64,000 nt of DNA from an uncultured Bacteroidales bacterium (lineage in GTDB: Bacteria; Bacillota_I; Bacilli_A; ML615J-28; CAG-698). The position numbers were made by a program, and so were the translations under genes. The stretch spans positions 14,559-78,558 of the forward strand of contig CAYPLR010000001.1 of the NCBI GenBank assembly GCA_964411675.1. Direction: 5' to 3'. Positions 8,095-17,756 of this stretch are shown in pieces; the first letter of the stretch is position 1; each line of letters starts with the position of its first letter. Below the pieces are notes generated by a model. It had not been told where the DNA came from. It saw nothing but the letters and a program-made list of their open reading frames with translations, and made no database searches.

Positions 8095-9792
8095 ATGCTA
8101 ATAGATATTGCCAAATGGAAAAGCTACGAGAATTTAGACGAAGCATTAAAAAAAGAACTGAATCATTATAATGAAGAAGATTTGTATGAAGCATTTTATA
8201 CTGATTTAGCTTTTGGAACGGGAGGAATGCGAGGCATCTTAGGACCTGGAACCAACCGAATGAACATTTACACCATGAGACGTGCTAATTATGGCTATGG
8301 GAAATACATATTACAAACCAAAAAAGCAAATCCTTCTGTTGTGATTGCTTACGATTGTCGACATAATTCCCGACTTTTTGCTGAAGAATCAGCAAGAGTA
8401 TTAGCCACTATGGGGATTAAAGTATTGTTGTTTGATAAGATAACACCAACACCCGAATTAAGCTTTGCTGTAAGAGAATTAAAAGCAACGGGAGGAATTG
8501 TTATTACTGCAAGTCACAATCCGCCTAATTATAATGGCTACAAGATCTATGATGAGTTTGGCTGCCAACTAGTACCCGATTTAGCGGATATTGTCATTGA
8601 TGAAATTGCAAAAGCACCAGATGCTTTTCAGATAGTAGTAGAAAGCTTTAACAGTTTAAAGCAAAAAGGATTTATTGAAATCATCGATGATAGGATTGAT
8701 ACGGCTTACCTAAATAAAGTAAAATCAATCCGTGTTCATAAAGAACTAAATAAAGAAAATTTTCTTGTTGTTTTTACTTCTTTACATGGAACATCAAGCC
8801 TATTAGGACAAAGATTATTACAGGAAACGGGATATCGATATATTCCTGTTGTTGAGCAAATGGTTGCTGATCCTAATTTTTCAACGGTATCTTCTCCTAA
8901 TCCAGAAAACCATGAAGCATTTGATTTAGCGATTACCTATGCGAAAAAACACCATGCTGATATTTGTATTGCAACAGATCCCGATGCTGATCGTGTTGGT
9001 CTAGCTGTTTATCATCAAGGAAAGTATGTATTACTAACAGGGAACCAAACAGGACCGATATTAATCGAGTATCTTGCCAAGTATCGAACTCTAAATAAAA
9101 AAGGAGTCTTATTTAATACCATTGTTACTTCCTCATTGGGAGCAGAAATTGCCCGAAAGCATGGTCTAGATGTCGTTTCAACATTAACAGGTTTTAAATA
9201 TATTGGGGAGCAAGCAAAGCTATTAGAAAATACAGATCGCGAGTTTTTCTTTGGCTACGAAGAATCCTATGGTTATGTCGTAAGTGATTTCGTTCGTGAT
9301 AAAGATTCTTTGCAAGCATTGCTATTGTGTAGTGAGGTCGCTTGTTTTTACAAGAATCAAGGAAAAACACTCCTTGATGTTCTTGAGAGAATCTATCAAG
9401 AATATGGATATTATCAGGATCATTTGATTAATATCACGTTAACAGGAGCTAGTGGAGCTCAAAAAATCGAAGAAATTCTTAATTATTTTCATCAGGAAAA
9501 ACAAAGTAATATACAAGGCTTACAAATAGTTGCCAAAGAGGATTATTTATTACAACAGCGTTTTGAAAACAATCAAATAATGAAACTTACTTTACCAAAA
9601 GCCAATGTTATCAAATACTTTCTTGATGATGGAAGTTGGTTTGTTCTTCGTCCAAGTGGAACAGAACCAAAAATGAAGGTTTATATTTCAGTAGTTACGA
9701 GTAGTCATCAGGATTCTATCCAGCGAAGTAAAGAAATTGAAAACAAAGTGATGGAATTAATCAATCAGATAAAGGGAGAAACAATAATATGA
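8095..9792 (+). CDS. pgcA: alpha-phosphoglucomutase (PGM/PMM superfamily)
   Basis: Track start 8071 is GTG inside the CDF gene. ATG at 8095 follows RBS ggggaggg. Motifs: GTGGMRG, the active-site Ser loop TASHNPPNYNGYK and the Mg site DPDADR. Confidence 0.88.
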   Translation: MLIDIAKWKSYENLDEALKKELNHYNEEDLYEAFYTDLAFGTGGMRGILGPGTNRMNIYTMRRANYGYGKYILQTKKANPSVVIAYDCRHNSRLFAEESARVLATMGIKVLLFDKITPTPELSFAVRELKATGGIVITASHNPPNYNGYKIYDEFGCQLVPDLADIVIDEIAKAPDAFQIVVESFNSLKQKGFIEIIDDRIDTAYLNKVKSIRVHKELNKENFLVVFTSLHGTSSLLGQRLLQETGYRYIPVVEQMVADPNFSTVSSPNPENHEAFDLAITYAKKHHADICIATDPDADRVGLAVYHQGKYVLLTGNQTGPILIEYLAKYRTLNKKGVLFNTIVTSSLGAEIARKHGLDVVSTLTGFKYIGEQAKLLENTDREFFFGYEESYGYVVSDFVRDKDSLQALLLCSEVACFYKNQGKTLLDVLERIYQEYGYYQDHLINITLTGASGAQKIEEILNYFHQEKQSNIQGLQIVAKEDYLLQQRFENNQIMKLTLPKANVIKYFLDDGSWFVLRPSGTEPKMKVYISVVTSSHQDSIQRSKEIENKVMELINQIKGETII

Positions 9793-11045
9793 ATCAAAAT
9801 TTCTATGTAAAAACGAGAAAAAAATATCTAGATAAAGTAAAAGAAAATACGATTTCTATCTTTTATTCAGGTAAAATTTTTCCGAAAAGTGGAGATCAAG
9901 ACTTTGATTTTGTAGTCGATAAAAACTTTTACTATTTAACAGGTATCAATCAAGCAGATGTGATTCTAGTTTTAATCAAACATAAGGATCGCTGTGATGA
10001 AATACTATTTGTTGAAGAAAATAACCCAACCTATGTAAAATGGTATGGAGCAAAGCTAACAAAAGAAGAGGCTACGAATCTTTCAGGAATTGAGACCATT
10101 AAATATTTGAATACCTTTACACCAACCATTTATTCATTATTGAATAACACACGGGCTAGTGGTTTATGTTTTCAAGAAATTTACTTGAATTTAGAACGTC
10201 GTGATGACCCTAACTATAGCAATTGTGCCTTGGAATATGCGAATGAATTCAAGACAAAGTATCCTGAAATTACCATTAATAATAGCTATAACATCGTGAT
10301 TCAATTACGAGGCGCAAAAGAATCGGAAGAAATTGAAAAAATTAAAGAAAGTATTGCTATTACAAAAACAGGAATTGAAGAATTAATGAAACACTCAAAA
10401 CCAGGATTGTTTGAGTATCAATTAGAGAGTTATTTTGATCAACATATTAAGTATTATGGTCAAAAACAAAACTCTTTTAAAACAATTGCTGCAGCAGGTA
10501 TCAATGCAACAATCCTACATTATGTTTTCAATAATACCAAACTACAAGATGGTGAATTAATCCTATTTGATTTAGGTTGTTGTACTGATTATTATGTGAG
10601 TGATATCACTAGGACATTCCCTGTCAATGGAAGGTTCTCAAAACGTCAAAAAGAAGTATATCAGGAAGTACTAGATGTAAATAAAAAATCGATTGCTTTC
10701 CTAAAAGCAGGAATCACTTGGAAAGAATATCAGGAGTTTGCTCGTGGTTTAATTATAGAAGCTTGCAAGCGATTGGGCTTAATTACAGAGGATAAGGATG
10801 TCATTAAATACTATTGGCATGGAATTGGTCATTCAATAGGCCTTGATACTCATGATCCTATCTTATACAATGAACCTTTAAGAGCAGGAACTGTGTTAAC
10901 AGTAGAACCCGGAATCTATATTGAAGAGGAAAAGTTAGGAATTAGAATTGAAGATAATGTTGTAATTACGGAAGAAGGTTGTATCAATCTTAGTCAAGAC
11001 ATTATCAAAGAAATCAAAGATATTGAAGAATTTATGAAAAAATAA
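9789..11045 (+). CDS. Xaa-Pro aminopeptidase / M24B metallopeptidase
   Basis: 418 aa with the pita-bread fold metal ligand motifs DLGCCTDYYVSDITRT, HGIGHSIGLDTHD and VLTVEPGIY. RBS aagggag. Confidence 0.85.
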   Translation: MNQNFYVKTRKKYLDKVKENTISIFYSGKIFPKSGDQDFDFVVDKNFYYLTGINQADVILVLIKHKDRCDEILFVEENNPTYVKWYGAKLTKEEATNLSGIETIKYLNTFTPTIYSLLNNTRASGLCFQEIYLNLERRDDPNYSNCALEYANEFKTKYPEITINNSYNIVIQLRGAKESEEIEKIKESIAITKTGIEELMKHSKPGLFEYQLESYFDQHIKYYGQKQNSFKTIAAAGINATILHYVFNNTKLQDGELILFDLGCCTDYYVSDITRTFPVNGRFSKRQKEVYQEVLDVNKKSIAFLKAGITWKEYQEFARGLIIEACKRLGLITEDKDVIKYYWHGIGHSIGLDTHDPILYNEPLRAGTVLTVEPGIYIEEEKLGIRIEDNVVITEEGCINLSQDIIKEIKDIEEFMKK

Positions 11046-11054
11046 TGAAATAGT

Positions 11055-11082
11055 AGCCTTGAGAAATCAAGGCTTTTATTTT
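11055..11082 (+). terminator. rho-independent terminator after the aminopeptidase
   Basis: Stem agccttga / tcaaggct with loop gaaa, followed by tttatttt. Confidence 0.75.
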
Positions 11083-11148
11083 GAAAAAATAAAAAATAAA
11101 ATAAAAAAAGCGTTGTTTTCCTATTATATAAGTGAGGAGGACATTCAA

Positions 11149-11778
11149 ATGAAAAAAATGGCAATTATCATCTTACTTTTTTGTATTTTTATAGGAGCTA
11201 ATGTAAAAGGATATAGTACAACAGGCCATCCAGAATTTACGGAAATTGATTTTATCAACGAAGGGAAATTACTAATTGATTTTTCAAAAGAAGAATTAGA
11301 TTATGGATATCAAAAAATATCAAAGCCCAAATTTTGGGGTTGGTCTACTTATTTTTTTAACTACAATCGTGATGCTTATTACATTGGGGAAGTTTTATTT
11401 TCTAAAAGCAATAAAACTTCAACACCCTACTATGTTGATTATATGATTGAAACAAGCGATATTACTAAAACTAGTACTACTGTTTCTGGTGCTATTTCTG
11501 CGAAGATAGCAGGAGCCATTAAAAAAGTGACAGGAACTATTTCTGGGGAAATAAATGGAGAAAATCAACAAGAAAATAAAGTTAGTAAAATAGAAACTAC
11601 AAAAGTAAAAATCGAAATTCCACCCTATAGTCGAGTAGCACTAAAGGTAACTGGAGAAGCTAAAATAACCAATGCAGTCAGTAAATACTATATTTTAGGT
11701 ATGACCTTTAAAAAAGGGACTTGGGAAACCATTGAAGCAATTACAGAGTACTACGAATTATACGAGGAGAAGTATTGA
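11149..11778 (+). CDS. secreted hypothetical protein (signal peptide, Ser/Thr/Gly-rich beta-type region)
   Basis: Track start 11059 is upstream of the RBS. ATG at 11149 follows gaggagg and gives MKKMAIIILLFCIFIGANVKG, a signal peptide. The mature protein is about 190 aa with a TSTTVSGAISAKIAGAIKKVTGTISGEINGE stretch. Confidence 0.6.
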   Translation: MKKMAIIILLFCIFIGANVKGYSTTGHPEFTEIDFINEGKLLIDFSKEELDYGYQKISKPKFWGWSTYFFNYNRDAYYIGEVLFSKSNKTSTPYYVDYMIETSDITKTSTTVSGAISAKIAGAIKKVTGTISGEINGENQQENKVSKIETTKVKIEIPPYSRVALKVTGEAKITNAVSKYYILGMTFKKGTWETIEAITEYYELYEEKY

Positions 11779-12722
11779 TGAAAAAATACATCATTTGTTT
11801 TTTCGTAACAATCAGTATTACTATTGCTTGCTTAATTCTAGTTGTCTTGAAACCATCCCCAACATTAAAGCTAACGACAGTTAAAAAAGCCTATAGTTAT
11901 GTCTCTAGCTTTCAAGAAGAAGAAAAAATACAAGTAAATATTCTCATCAATGATTTGAATGATTCCATAACAAACATAGAAAAATACTCAGCTTTGTCGA
12001 TTTCTGATAAAAATCATCATAATGAACTAGTTCTAGATTTGGAAGAAGTGACCTATCAGGGTGAGATTACTACGATAGATCATGAATCGTTCTATCAATA
12101 TAGTTATCAATTTATAGTTTTATTAAAGACAGATGATAAATTTCTTTTAGAAATAGAAGATGCTTACCTTTGCATGAATTATCGAAATATTGATATTACT
12201 CTCGCCATTGGTAGTTTTTCTTATTATAAAGTACCCTATTTCGGGGATGATAAAGCGTATATTTCAATTTCTAAATTAAAACCGATTGTCAATGATTATC
12301 AGGAAGAAAAAGTTCTTGTTGGAATTGTTATGGGAATAACGAATCAAACGAATCAAAAAATTATCATTCAGAAAATTACAGCTTTGGATTTGAATTTGCA
12401 ATTTTATAGTGCAGATTTTATGGTGATACAAAATGAGGTTTTTTCTAATAGCAATATTTCAACTTTGTTAGGAAAGAACTATTCTCTTCATGGTACTAAT
12501 GATCATAATGAAGAAATTCTATTGGTAATTTCCCCCAACACAAAAGTTGATTACTTATTACCAATTACATATCATGGTGCTTTTAAAACCAATAAAATGG
12601 GATTTTTAATTGAGTATAGGATAGGGGAAGAACAAAATACTCTATATTATGATGAATTTTTATTCTTCACAACAAAAGTCAAAGATTTAGCGATTGGTGA
12701 AGTTTTAACTTATGAAAAATAA
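11778..12722 (+). CDS. N-terminally membrane-anchored hypothetical protein
   Basis: ATG overlaps the upstream stop (ATGA at 11775-11778). One N-terminal TM helix (IICFFVTISITIACLILVVL) is followed by about 290 aa of extracytoplasmic sequence with no recognisable domain. Confidence 0.6.
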   Translation: MKKYIICFFVTISITIACLILVVLKPSPTLKLTTVKKAYSYVSSFQEEEKIQVNILINDLNDSITNIEKYSALSISDKNHHNELVLDLEEVTYQGEITTIDHESFYQYSYQFIVLLKTDDKFLLEIEDAYLCMNYRNIDITLAIGSFSYYKVPYFGDDKAYISISKLKPIVNDYQEEKVLVGIVMGITNQTNQKIIIQKITALDLNLQFYSADFMVIQNEVFSNSNISTLLGKNYSLHGTNDHNEEILLVISPNTKVDYLLPITYHGAFKTNKMGFLIEYRIGEEQNTLYYDEFLFFTTKVKDLAIGEVLTYEK

Positions 12723-12739
12723 GGATCAAGGGAAAACGA

Positions 12740-13363
12740 ATGGATGACGTATTGGTGAGGTTATCTAACATTACTAAAATCTATGGGAAGAATAAAGTGC
12801 TTAATCAACTTAATTTAGAGTTTAAGAAGAAAACAGTATACCTATTGGTTGGAGAAAATGGCTCTGGAAAAACAACCATTTTAAAAGTGCTATTGGGGCT
12901 TATTTCTTATCAAGGGGAAAGGATTGTCGCCTGTAATCAAATTGGGTATGTTCCCGATAGTCTACATTTTCCATATTACATTACCTGTTATGATTTTATT
13001 TATAATATGGGTTTAATTAAAAATATGAAACCAGAAAAAATAAAGAAGATATTGGAAATTTTAAGTAAGGAATGGGACATTTGTCCCCATATCAAAAAGA
13101 AGATTCATGAGTGCTCAAAAGGAACAAAACAAAAACTATTGATTATTCAAGCAATGTTAGCCAATCCTGATATCTATATCTTTGATGAAGCTTTAAATGG
13201 TTTGGATCAAAACATGCAATTAAAACTATTTGACTTTATCCAAGCGATGAAGGATGCAGGTAAGACAATTATTATAACAAGTCATTACTTTTCCATGTAT
13301 AAAAAAGTTGTTGATCAAGTGATTTATCTGAAAGAGGGTAAAGCATATGATCAATTTAATTAA
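12740..13363 (+). CDS. ABC transporter ATP-binding protein (short, 207 aa)
   Basis: Walker A GENGSGKTT, Q-loop, signature-like SKGTKQKLL and Walker B IYIFDEAL. Confidence 0.8.
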   Translation: MDDVLVRLSNITKIYGKNKVLNQLNLEFKKKTVYLLVGENGSGKTTILKVLLGLISYQGERIVACNQIGYVPDSLHFPYYITCYDFIYNMGLIKNMKPEKIKKILEILSKEWDICPHIKKKIHECSKGTKQKLLIIQAMLANPDIYIFDEALNGLDQNMQLKLFDFIQAMKDAGKTIIITSHYFSMYKKVVDQVIYLKEGKAYDQFN

Positions 13364-14039
13364 GTGCCATTATTCTTATTTGGTTTCTAAAACGACTGTC
13401 CTAATGATAAGCATTGTTTTAATGATTCATTTGTTTAGTTGTTTTATGATAGGGAATGAATGCACTGACTTTTCTTGGCAAAGTCAAGCGAATCAATATT
13501 ATTTAGAAAGTAACCTATTTTTTATCAAAACAACGAGTATATTTATTGTGGTTTTTCTTTATTCTTACCCCTTTACAACAAAACAAGATAATTATTGTAC
13601 TTTAATCATCACGAGTAATATTTCTAGAAGCAAATACTTTATCACTAAGATTGTTACAATCTCGCTTTTTCTACTTGGCTTTCTTTGGATAGAGGTTTTT
13701 ATATTTATTGTTATTGGAGGTTTTTATTATCCCAATGTTATCATAGAACCTATTTTTTTATCTTTATTTCTCCAGTTATATTTGTTAATGCTATATTATG
13801 GGTTGCTTGCTTTAATACTAATTCAATGCTTTGATAATATCTATATGTCAATCATTCCTTTTGCTCTTTATACAATTGCAAGTATTTTTCAGGATGAGAA
13901 AGATCATTTTCTCATTTTGAAAATGATTTTACCAACCATTAATAATAATGAATCAGAAGGTCATTATTATCAGATCCTTTTCTTACTGATTATTTTATTT
14001 TTTATTAATGGTATTATTTATCAAAAACGTGATTTTTAA
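13347..14039 (+). CDS. ABC-2-type / immunity-like 6-TM permease
   Basis: 230 aa, very hydrophobic, with about 6 TM helices. The start overlaps the ATPase gene, indicating translational coupling. Confidence 0.6.
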   Translation: MINLIKCHYSYLVSKTTVLMISIVLMIHLFSCFMIGNECTDFSWQSQANQYYLESNLFFIKTTSIFIVVFLYSYPFTTKQDNYCTLIITSNISRSKYFITKIVTISLFLLGFLWIEVFIFIVIGGFYYPNVIIEPIFLSLFLQLYLLMLYYGLLALILIQCFDNIYMSIIPFALYTIASIFQDEKDHFLILKMILPTINNNESEGHYYQILFLLIILFFINGIIYQKRDF

Positions 14040-14103
14040 TTTGTAATACACTGAATATTTTGATATAATAACTAACAGTATACTAAATATAAAAGGTGGT
14101 ATT

Positions 14104-15537
14104 ATGAAAAAAATAGGTTCTTTAGTGATTATCTTTCTGAGTATTCTTTTGATTGCTTGTACAAAAGAAAAAAATATCACTATTGTTGGTGAAAACGAAG
14201 TTCAAGTAGGAGCAACAATCAAGCTTGAATTAGATGCAAATTTCAAGATAGAAGGCGAGGTACTATGGACTAGCAGCAATGAAGAGATTGCTACTGTTAA
14301 CGGTGGAATCGTGAAAGGTGTAGAACCTGGAGAAGTTGTTGTTCAAGTAGAAGTTGATGGTTTGATCTTTGAAAAAACAATTCTTGTGATAGCGAGTCCA
14401 TTCGCTATTATCATCGAAGGAGCAAACAAGGTCAAAGTGGGAGAAGAAATTACTCTTGAAGTGTCAACATTTCCTCTTGTAACGGGAGAAATAACCTATG
14501 TATCAGAGAATGAAAGCATCGCTACCGTGAATCAAGAAGGAACTATCATAGGAATAGCGAAAGGAACAACAAGTATTGTAGCAAGTATGGGTGAGGTTTC
14601 CTCTAAATTCGATATTGAAGTTTATGAAGAAGAAATATTGGAAATTATTATTTCTGGCGAAGAAATCGTTAGAATAGGAAAATCAATCTTCCTAACATCG
14701 AATATCGATGTGATTTGGACGAGTAGTAATATTGAGGTTGCTGAAGTATACGATGATGGCGAAGTAATTGCAGTCAGCATTGGAGAAACCATCATTACAG
14801 CAACAGACAAAGCAAATCCAAATAATAAAAATACATTTTTAGTAACAGTGATTGGAAAAGTTCCAACAGGTATTATTATCAATGGTCGTAATAAAGTAAG
14901 TATCAATCAAAGTACAACACTAACAGTAACTGCTTATCCAGAAGGGGCTAATTCAGCTGTAGTTTGGTCATCAAGAGATGAAAATATTGCTACTATCGAT
15001 GAAAACGGAACAGTTATAGGAGTAGCAATAGGTAAAACAACAATCAAAGCGGTTTCAGCTGATGATGAAAACTTAATGACAATATTTAATATCGAAGTCA
15101 TTGCTGCTGCACCAGATGAAATCAACCTTACTGGAGATCAAGAAGTAACTGCTGGGAATTTCATTTATTTAGACTTGGAAGTAATTGGGGGGGATGTTAC
15201 CAAAGAGGTTATTTGGACCACTTCAGATAAGACCATCCTTAAGGTAGTTGATGGTGTTGTATTAGGATTAACAGCAGGAACAGCAACCATTCGAGCTACT
15301 TCAATCCTAAATGATCAAGTTTTTGATGAAATTGCCATCACAGTAAAACAATATACTGCTCCAACAGAGAAACTAGAAGATTTAGAATATGTTAATGAAA
15401 TCATTGCTGGATTAACTTTGGATGAAAAAATCGGTCAAATGTTTATCTTCTCTTATAGTGGAACTAGTTTAACCATAAGAAGCAAAGAATGCCATTGCTC
15501 AATACAAGCTAGGCAACTTTATCCATATGGGGTATAA
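14104..15537 (+). CDS. N-terminal segment of a frameshifted lipoprotein with 5 Big_2 (bacterial Ig-like) repeats; C-terminal end of this frame enters a GH3 domain
   Basis: Lipobox LLIAC at residues 15-19. There are five repeats of about 90 aa of the type VQVGATIKLELDAN...WTSSNEEIATVNGG...VKGVEPGEV. The frame ends with LTLDEKIGQMFIFSYSGTSLT, a GH3 NagZ N-terminal motif, then runs out of frame. Confidence 0.75.
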   Translation: MKKIGSLVIIFLSILLIACTKEKNITIVGENEVQVGATIKLELDANFKIEGEVLWTSSNEEIATVNGGIVKGVEPGEVVVQVEVDGLIFEKTILVIASPFAIIIEGANKVKVGEEITLEVSTFPLVTGEITYVSENESIATVNQEGTIIGIAKGTTSIVASMGEVSSKFDIEVYEEEILEIIISGEEIVRIGKSIFLTSNIDVIWTSSNIEVAEVYDDGEVIAVSIGETIITATDKANPNNKNTFLVTVIGKVPTGIIINGRNKVSINQSTTLTVTAYPEGANSAVVWSSRDENIATIDENGTVIGVAIGKTTIKAVSADDENLMTIFNIEVIAAAPDEINLTGDQEVTAGNFIYLDLEVIGGDVTKEVIWTTSDKTILKVVDGVVLGLTAGTATIRATSILNDQVFDEIAITVKQYTAPTEKLEDLEYVNEIIAGLTLDEKIGQMFIFSYSGTSLTIRSKECHCSIQARQLYPYGV

Positions 15538-16975
15538 TGTTCCTGATGGTGAAACAGCAGGTGCATTTACAACTGAGTTACAAAATGAAATAGTTGCTAC
15601 TACGAATATACCCGCTTTTATTTGTATTGATCAAGAAGGTGGGAGAGTAACTAGACTTGTTAATGGAGGAACTCGTTTTCTAGGTAACATGGCCCTTGCT
15701 GCTTCCAACAATCCTCAAAACGCATATCTTGTTGGAAAAGCAACAGGAGAAGAATTAAAGAATTATGGGATTAATTTTGATTTGGCACCAGTATTAGATG
15801 TGAATAATAATCCTAACAATCCCATCATTAATAATCGTAGTTATTCAGACAATGCCATTACTGTTTCATTATTTGGTCGACAAATGATAATCGGATTAGC
15901 AGAAAGCAATGTTATGGGCTGTGCAAAACATTTTCCTGGTCATGGAAATACAAGTACAGACTCCCACACTTCACTACCTAAAATAACAAGTACCAAAGAA
16001 GATCTATATTCTATTGAATTAGCACCATTTATCAGTGCTATTGCTGGTGGGATAGATGCAATCATGACGACTCATATCATTTTCTCAGCAATTGACAAGG
16101 AGTATCCAGCCACATTATCAAAAGCTGTCTTAACTGATTTACTACGAGAAGAGCTTGGGTATCAAGGAATTATCGTTACGGATGCTATGGAAATGAAAGC
16201 CATCGCAGATAACTATGGTGTTGGTCAAGCAGCAGTATTAGCGGTAAAAGCAGGAGCTGATATGCTTGCTTACACTTCGATGAATAATCCAATTACTGCA
16301 CATCAAGCAATTAAAGCAGCTGTGATCAATAGTGAGATTAGTGAAGAGAGAATCAATGATTCTGTTCGTCGTATCCTTTTGAAAAAGTTAAAATATAATT
16401 TATTTGACCATTATCTTCCTAATGAAAACTATCAAAATTATGACTTATCAGCTCATGAAGAGTTAAATTTAGAAGTTGCGAAACAAGCAGTTACCGTTCA
16501 TTTGGGTACTTTCACAGGATTAGATAAAACAAAATCCACATTAATTCTATCAACAAAAGCTTCGCTTACTCTAGAGTCTAATTTAAGTGGTAGTGATAAT
16601 TCATTGGGATATATTGCTAGTCGTTATCTAAAAGCAAAAGGGTTTAGTACCTGTGACTATCTCGATATTTCATCGTTAACTAGTCAAAGAATAACAGAAC
16701 TCGTTCAAATTGCGGATGGCTATGAACAAATTGTTATTGCCATTGGTGATGCCAATAGCTTACAAATCAATCTAGTGAATCAATTATCAAATAAAGATGA
16801 GAACCTATTAGTAATAGGATTAAATCTTCCTTATGATATCAACAAATATGCTATTACTGTGAATCAATATTTGTGTATCTATGAATATAGTCCCATTATG
16901 GTGGATGCTTTAAAAAGATTATTGAATGGGGAATATACACCAGTAGGAAAATCACCGATTGTTTTAAACAGATAA
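15479..16975 (+). CDS. C-terminal segment (in the +1 frame) of the same gene: GH3 beta-N-acetylhexosaminidase (NagZ-like) catalytic domain
   Basis: The frame is open from 15479 (EAKNAIAQYKLGNFIHMGYNV...), and the first ATG is at 15527. GH3 motifs KHFPGHGNTSTDSHTSLP and the catalytic region GIIVTDAMEMKA are present. This segment continues the sequence of the upstream frame after a 1-nt shift. Confidence 0.75.
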   Translation, partial: EAKNAIAQYKLGNFIHMGYNVPDGETAGAFTTELQNEIVATTNIPAFICIDQEGGRVTRLVNGGTRFLGNMALAASNNPQNAYLVGKATGEELKNYGINFDLAPVLDVNNNPNNPIINNRSYSDNAITVSLFGRQMIIGLAESNVMGCAKHFPGHGNTSTDSHTSLPKITSTKEDLYSIELAPFISAIAGGIDAIMTTHIIFSAIDKEYPATLSKAVLTDLLREELGYQGIIVTDAMEMKAIADNYGVGQAAVLAVKAGADMLAYTSMNNPITAHQAIKAAVINSEISEERINDSVRRILLKKLKYNLFDHYLPNENYQNYDLSAHEELNLEVAKQAVTVHLGTFTGLDKTKSTLILSTKASLTLESNLSGSDNSLGYIASRYLKAKGFSTCDYLDISSLTSQRITELVQIADGYEQIVIAIGDANSLQINLVNQLSNKDENLLVIGLNLPYDINKYAITVNQYLCIYEYSPIMVDALKRLLNGEYTPVGKSPIVLNR

Positions 16976-16993
16976 CCATAATAAAAATAACTC

Positions 16994-17022
16994 TTGACAA
17001 AGAAAGATAGTTATAGTATAAT
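16994..17022 (+). promoter_or_regulatory. consensus sigma-A promoter of the infC-rpmI-rplT operon
   Basis: TTGACA 16994-16999, 17-nt spacer, TATAAT 17017-17022. Confidence 0.65.
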
Positions 17023-17197
17023 AACGAAGTAATTTATCATAGTGGAAAGAAGAAGTACCCACTTCTCACCTGACTGATTCTGTTGGTAGGTAAACGTCAC
17101 TTTACAAGAACTTTGTGATTTTTTGGTGGGTGCTTATATAGCGCTCACTTTTCTTTTCTTACTATGGTAGGTACTAAAAAATAGGAGGTGCTTTATA
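17023..17197 (+). promoter_or_regulatory. infC leader with a putative L20-responsive attenuator hairpin
   Basis: About 175-nt untranslated leader. The attenuator at 17125-17160 has a stem gtgggtgc / gcgctcac with loop ttatata, followed by ttttcttttctt. In Bacillus the infC operon is autoregulated by L20 binding its leader. Confidence 0.5.
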
Positions 17198-17749
17198 ATT
17201 AGTAAGAATGTAGATCGCAAAAGCGATGCCTTAGTAAATGAAAATATTGAGGCGGAACGTGTGTTAGTTATTGATGCTGAAGGAACTGCTTTAGGGGAAA
17301 TGCCAATTAATGAAGCAATCAGCAAAGCAAGAACTAGCAATTATGATTTGGTTTGTGTAGCGCCAAACGCTAAAGTCCCTGTTTGCCGTTTTATGGATTA
17401 TAGCAAATATCGCTATGAATTACAGAAAAAGGCGCGGGAAAGCAAAAAGAATCAAAAAGTAGTAGTTTTAAAAGAAATTAGATTGTCTCCAGTAATTGGA
17501 CAAAATGATTTTGAAACAAAACTAAAAAATGGTAGAGATTTTTTAGCTGATGGTAGTAAATTAAAAGTATCCATTTATTTTCCAAGAGGAAAAAGAAGAT
17601 TGTTGCAATTTGAATCTTCAACCGATATTTTAGATAAATATGTTGCAGCAATGGATGAGTATGCCACAGTAGAAATTAAAAATGCCCTTGATGGTAAAAA
17701 TAGCCATTATATTTTAGTCCCAAAAAATAAGAAGAAAGACAAGGAGTGA
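17198..17749 (+). CDS. infC: translation initiation factor IF-3
   Basis: Track ORF starts at an internal Met. IF-3 homology (ISKNVDRKSD...VLVIDAEG...LVCVAPNAKVPVCRFMDYSKY) extends upstream to ATT 17198-17200, 7 nt after RBS GGAGGTG. An ATT/AUU start is characteristic of infC. Confidence 0.85.
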   Translation: MSKNVDRKSDALVNENIEAERVLVIDAEGTALGEMPINEAISKARTSNYDLVCVAPNAKVPVCRFMDYSKYRYELQKKARESKKNQKVVVLKEIRLSPVIGQNDFETKLKNGRDFLADGSKLKVSIYFPRGKRRLLQFESSTDILDKYVAAMDEYATVEIKNALDGKNSHYILVPKNKKKDKE

Positions 17750-17756
17750 TTTTAAC

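Noticed and set aside
17037-17170. Checked the infC leader for a tRNA or T-box.
   Set aside because: There is no cloverleaf-compatible acceptor/anticodon arrangement or T-box consensus. The region is better explained as the L20-responsive leader.
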